This document shows, one piece after another, positions 57,804 through 64,000 of a DNA stretch of 64,000 nt. A program made the position numbers and the translations under genes. How positions within the stretch are numbered: position 1 is the stretch's first letter; every line of letters starts with the position of its first letter. Under the pieces are notes generated by a model. That model was not told where the DNA came from and ran no database searches. It worked only from the letters and a program-made list of their open reading frames with translations. Source of the DNA: a virus; IMG/VR virus record IMGVR_UViG_3300009408_000001, positions 96,001-160,000 of that record; one strand, 5' to 3'.

Positions 57804-58928
57804 ATGTTAACCATCCTAGTCAAGTCATACGCAGATATCATTACCACCTGTTGGAAACTCACACCAGCGGGAATCTCTCCCAAGAGAAGACCGATCCGTT
57901 TGATTCCGTTCAAGCGAATCGAAACTGCAACTGAAGCACTGGCAATCGCGGATGCCATTCGTATTAACCAAGAGAACTTTGTGTTCTTCATGGCATTCCA
58001 TCAGTCCCCTGGCTTATACGACTTAGCAGCGTACGGTAATGTTCCACGGGTTAACCGGTTACTCGGTAACCATCTGCCTCTGACATTTGGAGTAGTAAGA
58101 GAACCCACGAACACGTTGTCCTTTTCTGATTCGGTGTTGGAATGTAAACAAGAGGACGCACGTCAGTTGGCCATTGTCAATGCGGTTGCGATCGGATATA
58201 AGGTACACGGGGATACAATTCTTTCTATGCGGGATAAGGAACTGGTGTTAAACAGCGAGGGTGCTGTCTCTGAAGGGTTCTTTGACCACTACCTATACCG
58301 AACTGTAGGTATGGACGATGCTGCGGGAGACACAGCCAGAGGAGCTGCAAGTGCGTACGAAGCGAGTATGAATGCCATTCTTGCGATACATCCGGAAGAC
58401 AAGGTATTCGGGAAGGATTCTAAAGTAGAAGACCCCACATCTGAACGAGTGTTACTGTTGAACGGGGAAGTAACGGAAGAAAAGGTAGCAACCCTCATCA
58501 AAACACTGTATGAACTAGACGCAGAGGAGGTTGTTACAACGGTACCCTTGTTCATAAACTCCCGATCTGGATCTTACACCGCAGCATTAGCACTGGCAGA
58601 AGCCATCGCCAGAATGCGTACACCGGTTAACACAATTGGAATTGGTGAAGTATACGGTCCAGCCGTGGTAGTCCTGGTATCCGGCAATGCCGAAGACAGA
58701 GGCGTAACCATGAACTGTGGACTTCGGTTGATTACCCCACCCATGTCAGCCTTTGTACCCGGGGACAGTACCCTGATTATGGCAAAGTTGGAATCAGATG
58801 CGTATATTCGTAGGTTGTCATCGTCACTGATGATTCCAATTGAACACGTTGAGGACATGTTAGCCAAGGTGACGTATCAGTCAGTTACAGATGCCGTTAC
58901 CCTTAACCTGGTAGACTATGTGATCTAA
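57804..58928 (+). CDS. ClpP-fold protein lacking the catalytic triad, with ~200-aa N-terminal extension
   Basis: C-terminal ~165 aa aligns by eye with ClpP (ERVLLLNGEV, LFINS, LNLVDYVI). Confidence 0.75.
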   Translation: MLTILVKSYADIITTCWKLTPAGISPKRRPIRLIPFKRIETATEALAIADAIRINQENFVFFMAFHQSPGLYDLAAYGNVPRVNRLLGNHLPLTFGVVREPTNTLSFSDSVLECKQEDARQLAIVNAVAIGYKVHGDTILSMRDKELVLNSEGAVSEGFFDHYLYRTVGMDDAAGDTARGAASAYEASMNAILAIHPEDKVFGKDSKVEDPTSERVLLLNGEVTEEKVATLIKTLYELDAEEVVTTVPLFINSRSGSYTAALALAEAIARMRTPVNTIGIGEVYGPAVVVLVSGNAEDRGVTMNCGLRLITPPMSAFVPGDSTLIMAKLESDAYIRRLSSSLMIPIEHVEDMLAKVTYQSVTDAVTLNLVDYVI

Positions 58929-58969
58929 CGGCATAAAACGAGAGCCCAACAGGGCTCTCATCTATGCCG

Positions 58970-59464
58970 TTATTCCTTTGGAACTTCCAAGTCTTCAGAG
59001 AAACGACTTAACTCCTCTTCTAGCTCTTTCGCAGTGTAGGCACCCTTCTTAACCTTGAGCGCACATTCGGTGTGAAGTACTTCCCACACACAAGGCTCAA
59101 GGTCCAGGATTTCAACAATGCTCATGTTTAACGCCGCAGGCATATCCGCACGAATCGTACGTTCTATGAACTGGTTAGCCAAACTGTGCTTAGGCATCTG
59201 ACTAAACTCATTGTGAGTAGAACATGGGATAGGGTTGTCCCATGTAGGCCCCTTGTGAAGGCCCATGATGATGTTGAATCGTTTCCTAGCAACCATAGCG
59301 TTAGCAATGCCGTTGATATGAGGAGGCTGCCTTAACAGTCCTTCTTGCAATGCATCCCGCTGTTCCTTGGTAGGACGAAACTCCGGACTAAGTTCCGGAG
59401 TGTGGAGCGCTTCAAACTCTTGGGTCTTGGCGTTTACAAGTTTTACCGTTGTCCCCATCTCCAA
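58970..59464 (-). CDS. Hypothetical protein
   Basis: 164 aa, in operon after the gp77-like gene. Confidence 0.65.
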   Translation of the reverse strand: MEMGTTVKLVNAKTQEFEALHTPELSPEFRPTKEQRDALQEGLLRQPPHINGIANAMVARKRFNIIMGLHKGPTWDNPIPCSTHNEFSQMPKHSLANQFIERTIRADMPAALNMSIVEILDLEPCVWEVLHTECALKVKKGAYTAKELEEELSRFSEDLEVPKE

Positions 59465-61128
59465 CCCATGAGGACGAAAAAAAACCGGACCATGTTACAT
59501 GGGATCAACCCAACCAATGCTTCCTCGTCTTCAAGTTGACCCGAATGACAGCTGGGACATTCCCAGTTCTCTGTACCGGTCATAGTAACGATGCTGTCGT
59601 TGCGGAACTCAGAGACCTTGTCTTCCAACTGAGTTACGAAATCAGTATCGGTACTCAGTTCACTCAGTGCGCCAATGATTGTGTCCGTGTCCGTCACTTC
59701 CTTTGGTTCATCATCGTCTGGACTCTGTAAGTACTCAATTGAAGCAATGTTAACTGCCAGTGCAGTCAGTGCCATGTCTTCAGAGAACTGGTTGATGAAG
59801 GTAATGCGTTTGCGGCGGCGCACGGCTTCTTTCATATCCTCAATGCTGTTAAGTGCGTTGTCTGCCATTTCACGGATGTTAGTTTGCCATAGTTCAGCGA
59901 ACGACTCCGCTAGAGCAATGCTGGCACTGCGCAGGTAGATGGTAAAGTCAACATCGTCCACACTGACCTTAATGGTGCGTTTCTGGTTAGCCACCTTGTC
60001 CTGCATCTTTAGGATCTCTTCCACGGTACGCATTGTCTTGGGTTTACCCGTGAATTCACGTACCTCAGTAGACAACATGCTGGCATCTGTAACTGCCATC
60101 GCCTGGAACTGGAGTAAACTATCAATGTGGTTGGATACCCCATCTGCGTTCTTCTTAATGGGTGAGATATAGTCACATGTGGCGTGTGCGGTATTCTTAC
60201 AACGATGTACCGTTGGGTAACCGTTAGGGTAAATGGATTCCAGAGCAGCAGCTAACAAGTGTTGGATATCTGAGTCTTTCAAGATCCCTTTCAGAAGACC
60301 GACTTCACCAGGCATCCATTCGGATACGTTACACGCGGTTACATGTGAGAGAACTTCATCCACGATAGTCATGGTAATCGTAGAGTCAGTAGGGTCCATT
60401 GCCCAGCCGGAGGTTTCATACCCCATGGACACATTAGCGTTATGCATCAGGGTAGTCAGTGCCAACAGCTCTGAGTTTTTAAACCCACCCAGTGTGAGTG
60501 TAAAGCAACTGGCGTGCATTGTTGCCGTTACGGGAACACCCAGGCCAATCGCAGAGCGAATGGACTGAATACCTGCTGCACCTGTCATCTCCCGCTTACC
60601 ACGGTTGTGAGGTACACTGTGGTGGGTATAAAGACTGCCGTCAGGCGTATCCAACTTTTGTACGTACTCCGAATCTTCCCGGCGGTAGAAGGTAGAATAC
60701 GGGCGATCGTTACCAGGCCAGGTGGCAGAGTATGCACCACGATAATACTCAAGGAATGCTTGTACTTTACGTTCACTGTCCTCAAGTGTATCTTTATCGT
60801 TTTTTGGCCACGGCAGGGTAGCTCGGAAGTCACGTAACATCCGACGCCACTCTTTGTCATCCACATCTGTTCCTGGGATGGGTTTTACGGTGTTTCTCAG
60901 GCGGTAGTTCTCGGGGACAGCCTTCCGTGGAGATCGGAACTTCGGCATTTTAACGCGTGCGGTGTAGTGACCACGTGGATCTGGGTCACCTATGGAACTC
61001 GACTTCTTTTCTTCAACAGGAACTTCCACTTCTACAGGAGTAGGTTCCTCCTTTACTGCGGTCTGCTCCATAGTCGGTTTCTTTTCTTCCACTTTCTCTT
61101 CCTGTGGAGGGGTCGTATCGTTACTCAT
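59443..61128 (-). CDS. Conserved protein (phiKZ gp77-like)
   Basis: 561 aa, C-terminal CPSC; synteny. Confidence 0.65.
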   Translation of the reverse strand: MSNDTTPPQEEKVEEKKPTMEQTAVKEEPTPVEVEVPVEEKKSSSIGDPDPRGHYTARVKMPKFRSPRKAVPENYRLRNTVKPIPGTDVDDKEWRRMLRDFRATLPWPKNDKDTLEDSERKVQAFLEYYRGAYSATWPGNDRPYSTFYRREDSEYVQKLDTPDGSLYTHHSVPHNRGKREMTGAAGIQSIRSAIGLGVPVTATMHASCFTLTLGGFKNSELLALTTLMHNANVSMGYETSGWAMDPTDSTITMTIVDEVLSHVTACNVSEWMPGEVGLLKGILKDSDIQHLLAAALESIYPNGYPTVHRCKNTAHATCDYISPIKKNADGVSNHIDSLLQFQAMAVTDASMLSTEVREFTGKPKTMRTVEEILKMQDKVANQKRTIKVSVDDVDFTIYLRSASIALAESFAELWQTNIREMADNALNSIEDMKEAVRRRKRITFINQFSEDMALTALAVNIASIEYLQSPDDDEPKEVTDTDTIIGALSELSTDTDFVTQLEDKVSEFRNDSIVTMTGTENWECPSCHSGQLEDEEALVGLIPCNMVRFFFVLMGWRWGQR

Positions 61129-61612
61129 TGGTCTCTTCCTTTACGTCAGGTTCTGTAGAATTTGCTTCCTCTTCCTCAATCTGAGGAAGAGCATATGTTT
61201 GGGTCAGCTCAGCCATCAGGACAAGTCCGTTGGTGGAAAGCTCTTCATTGAAGCCGGATGACTCCAGATACAGTGCCAGATACTTCTCCATTTCTTTGGG
61301 TGGTACACGCCGTTCTGCGTGGGGACAACGGGAGCGGACAGACTCGATGGCAGCTTTTACTGCTACCAGGTCTGCTGCGTTAGCTGAAATTCGATTAGCG
61401 TCCTCAAGTGAGATCTTTGACTTGATGTCTGGGTGACTGGTAAATACCCGGAGTCCGGTTCCAATCTCTTTGAGAAGGTTACTTGCAACGTCCAGTTGTT
61501 CGGTTACGTCCCCCCATACGGGACGGTTGTTTAAATCCTTTTCCCGGTTAGCCTCTGTCTTTTTCTGGTTGGACTTTTTCTTAGGTGCGTTACTCTTCTT
61601 ACCTTTACTCAT
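61121..61612 (-). CDS. Hypothetical protein with basic N-terminus and acidic C-terminus
   Basis: GGAGAG RBS; overlaps the next start. Confidence 0.7.
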   Translation of the reverse strand: MSKGKKSNAPKKKSNQKKTEANREKDLNNRPVWGDVTEQLDVASNLLKEIGTGLRVFTSHPDIKSKISLEDANRISANAADLVAVKAAIESVRSRCPHAERRVPPKEMEKYLALYLESSGFNEELSTNGLVLMAELTQTYALPQIEEEEANSTEPDVKEETNE

Positions 61613-61686
61613 GTTGCTCTCCGTATGTGGTTGTTATATGTTTGTAACGGATCTTATAATTTAATGTACCTAAAAAAGAGGTTATT

Positions 61687-62553
61687 ATGGATACCGAGTT
61701 TGATATACCACTCACGCTTTACGAAGCAAGTCAGTACGTTCCAGAAGAAAGACTGAAGGCGATTATGTCTATCGAAAATTCGTTCGGTAAAATGTCGTAT
61801 AGTAAACATGTCGACGCGGTGGAGTATGTGGGCCAGCAGGATGAACTACCTGGTGCGGCTAAACTTGGTATGTTACATGCTGCGTACCAGGAATACTCAG
61901 AAGCCTTGTTAGCGGAGTTCGGGATTAGTCTTACCGAATCAGTACCCCTTGCAACAATTGCAGCACTTCTCATTTGTTTGCATGAACTATCTTCCCCGTG
62001 GGTAGCGGAGTCCGTAACCGAGTTAGACATCACCGATTCCTCACCAGAAGAATACTTGGCGGCAGCCTGTGCCTCTCTGTCAGATATCCGCATGTTTGAC
62101 TACCTACATGCATTTGTGGATGTAGACAGTGCCTTAACAAACAAGATTAAAGGGTTAGCCGAGTCTCACGTGGAGTACCTGGATAAGGAAGACCAAGAGG
62201 AATTGGAAGAAAGTCGAGACGATGACGCGATTGCGGTATCCAAAGCCAGGGTTAAGAAAGTCATCGCAATGATGCCCGCAGTAGAGGCCAGTCCAGCATA
62301 CCGCCACATTACCACCTCTCGCGTTTTCCCATACGGTCTTACCTACGCACTGGCAAGTGTAGAGAAGTTCATTGAACCCCATCACCTGATCAGCCACATG
62401 GCAGAAGAGTACATGTTGATCTTCGCAGGATCAGACATTCCCAACAGTACCCCATGGAATGAAGTCCTCTCGGAGATTTTAGAGTACGTACCAGATGACT
62501 GGAGGATACCCTTTTCTGCCTTAGCGGTACAGTACTACGAGGAGATGACATGA
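61687..62553 (+). CDS. Conserved acidic protein (phiKZ gp79-like)
   Basis: GAGG RBS; directly upstream of gp80-like. Confidence 0.65.
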   Translation: MDTEFDIPLTLYEASQYVPEERLKAIMSIENSFGKMSYSKHVDAVEYVGQQDELPGAAKLGMLHAAYQEYSEALLAEFGISLTESVPLATIAALLICLHELSSPWVAESVTELDITDSSPEEYLAAACASLSDIRMFDYLHAFVDVDSALTNKIKGLAESHVEYLDKEDQEELEESRDDDAIAVSKARVKKVIAMMPAVEASPAYRHITTSRVFPYGLTYALASVEKFIEPHHLISHMAEEYMLIFAGSDIPNSTPWNEVLSEILEYVPDDWRIPFSALAVQYYEEMT

Positions 62554-63923
62554 ACAAGTACGAGGTATTTAAACTGGCGCACAAGAACCGACTTACCTAT
62601 ACCAGACGGTGGATGATGCGCACCTATTCGGTCCCACTCGTAACTGAGAATAAGGCATTGGACTATTTCATCTCTCTGAAAATAGGGGAACGGGAGACCG
62701 CCACCAAGTCCGTGTTTGATGAGGGAGATATGGCGTTTATGATGTCCCCTCGAGGACAGGGTCCAAACGTGGAAGACTTTAGACCCGGGTACGTATACTA
62801 CTCCAGTGATAAGAAAGTCATGGTACTGAATGAAGGACTGGAGTTTGAAGAGATCACCGGGACTAACTTTACCGAACCACTGTACGGGATTTTGGAACAA
62901 ACGACCGTGGCTAAAGATGATTTCCTCATGGTAAAGGAGACGACAAAGACAAATTACAGTACCCTCCTCCATAACCTGGTCATCTACGAATATGCATTTG
63001 GGGATGCCCTTCCCTTTGTAAATGCGAAGATGTCGCCTAAAGGGAACGATGCTGCTGTAGCCAAGGCGTGGGCAGAGAAGAAGATCGATACTGCGATGTA
63101 CCGTAACCACACAAAGGGACTTGGTCTAATGGAGTGCATGTCCATTGTATCTGTTCCCTCTGCCACCCCTAAGGCAGCACTGACACACCCTGGTGTTGGG
63201 GCCCTTAAGAAGAAACTGCTTGAGAAACACAAAGATGAACTTGGTGACCCAGTAACCGTAGCGCACATTGAAGCAGAGTTGGTTAAGTTAGATGGGGAAC
63301 ACTTGAAGGGCGACCCCAGTGACAGGTTCTTCAATGGTAAGGCCCGGGCGGTTAGCCGAAAGAGAATGCTTCTTATCTTCGGTGGAGAACCCACCCTAGA
63401 GGATGCCACTGTAATTAAGTTGTCAAATGCTTCCCTTACAGAAGGAATCAACATTGACGATTTGCCAATGATGGTTAACTCGCTAAGGATGGGTTCATTC
63501 TACCGTGGAGCAGAAACCGCAAATGGTGGTGAGGCAGCTAAGTTCGCAGGGCGGATTTACCAGAATACCCGTTTAGCAGATAAGGACTGTGGTACGAAAG
63601 TGGGTAACCTGACTGGGATTACCTCTAAAAACTATTCGATGTTCGTGGGAAGACACACAGTCGGGGGTAAACAACCCCACACGCTGTCCAGTGCAAAGGC
63701 ACTTGTTGGCAAGGGGTTTTACCTACGGACTCCCCAGGCGTGTGCCACTGTCAATGGCAACTACTGCGAGGTATGCATGGGGGATGATGTAACGAACTCA
63801 GGAGTGGGACTGGCTCCCCAGGCATCAGCAGTAGGAAATTCTTTCATGATTATCTCCCTGTCACAGTTCCATGGGCGTAAGTTGGAAACTGCATTCTGGA
63901 ACTACGCGGAGTCAATCCGATGA
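62550..63923 (+). CDS. Virion RNA polymerase beta' subunit (phiKZ gp80-like)
   Basis: SFYRGAETANGGEAAK (bridge-helix-like), DCGT...CATVNGNYCEVC Zn site, SLSQFH. Confidence 0.85.
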   Translation: MNKYEVFKLAHKNRLTYTRRWMMRTYSVPLVTENKALDYFISLKIGERETATKSVFDEGDMAFMMSPRGQGPNVEDFRPGYVYYSSDKKVMVLNEGLEFEEITGTNFTEPLYGILEQTTVAKDDFLMVKETTKTNYSTLLHNLVIYEYAFGDALPFVNAKMSPKGNDAAVAKAWAEKKIDTAMYRNHTKGLGLMECMSIVSVPSATPKAALTHPGVGALKKKLLEKHKDELGDPVTVAHIEAELVKLDGEHLKGDPSDRFFNGKARAVSRKRMLLIFGGEPTLEDATVIKLSNASLTEGINIDDLPMMVNSLRMGSFYRGAETANGGEAAKFAGRIYQNTRLADKDCGTKVGNLTGITSKNYSMFVGRHTVGGKQPHTLSSAKALVGKGFYLRTPQACATVNGNYCEVCMGDDVTNSGVGLAPQASAVGNSFMIISLSQFHGRKLETAFWNYAESIR

Positions 63924-64000
63924 GCACGCTTGACATCCAAACGATACTCATGATAACCACGTACGGTGGGATCTTCATAGGCTTGACCCGGTGGAGGCTT
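63920..64000 (+). CDS. 5' end of a probable membrane protein (truncated)
   Basis: ATGA overlap; MSTLDIQTILMITTYGGIFIGLTRWRL. Confidence 0.5.
   Translation, partial: MSTLDIQTILMITTYGGIFIGLTRWRL

Noticed and set aside
1-64000. tRNA genes, integrase, transposase
   Set aside because: I saw no T-loop/cloverleaf or recombinase motifs by eye; a tRNAscan-SE or HMM run would be needed to exclude them.

Overview
This window is from a nucleus-forming, phiKZ-like jumbo phage (Chimalliviridae); the host cannot be determined from the sequence. Protein motifs and gene order match three phiKZ core blocks. (1) A head block: a probable vRNAP beta' C-terminal subunit and the head maturation protease, followed further on by an SbcC/Rad50 ATPase. 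(2) A tail and packaging block: tube, sheath, gp28/27/26-like genes and the large terminase. (3) A nucleus, replication and transcription block: PhuZ tubulin, split PolB, chimallin, nvRNAP beta'N, SbcD, ChmC, gp68-like, PicA/Imp1, nvRNAP beta and beta'C, an SF2 helicase and vRNAP gp80-like. phiKZ gp numbers are recalled from synteny and motifs, not from a search. Between the blocks are accessory islands of unknown genes. Main observations: (a) an accessory ORF (8671-10281) carries a 70-codon, ~88% identical copy of the Zn-binding module of the phage's own nvRNAP beta' between 126-bp direct repeats, plus a second 23-nt snippet of a core gene; (b) a repeated terminator-promoter-palindrome-RBS module precedes several accessory genes and phuZ, with one deleted and one RBS-less variant; (c) a ~660-bp structured non-coding region at 25.0-25.7 kb; (d) a ClpP homolog lacking all three catalytic residues. 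I saw no tRNA, CRISPR array, intron, intein or integrase.
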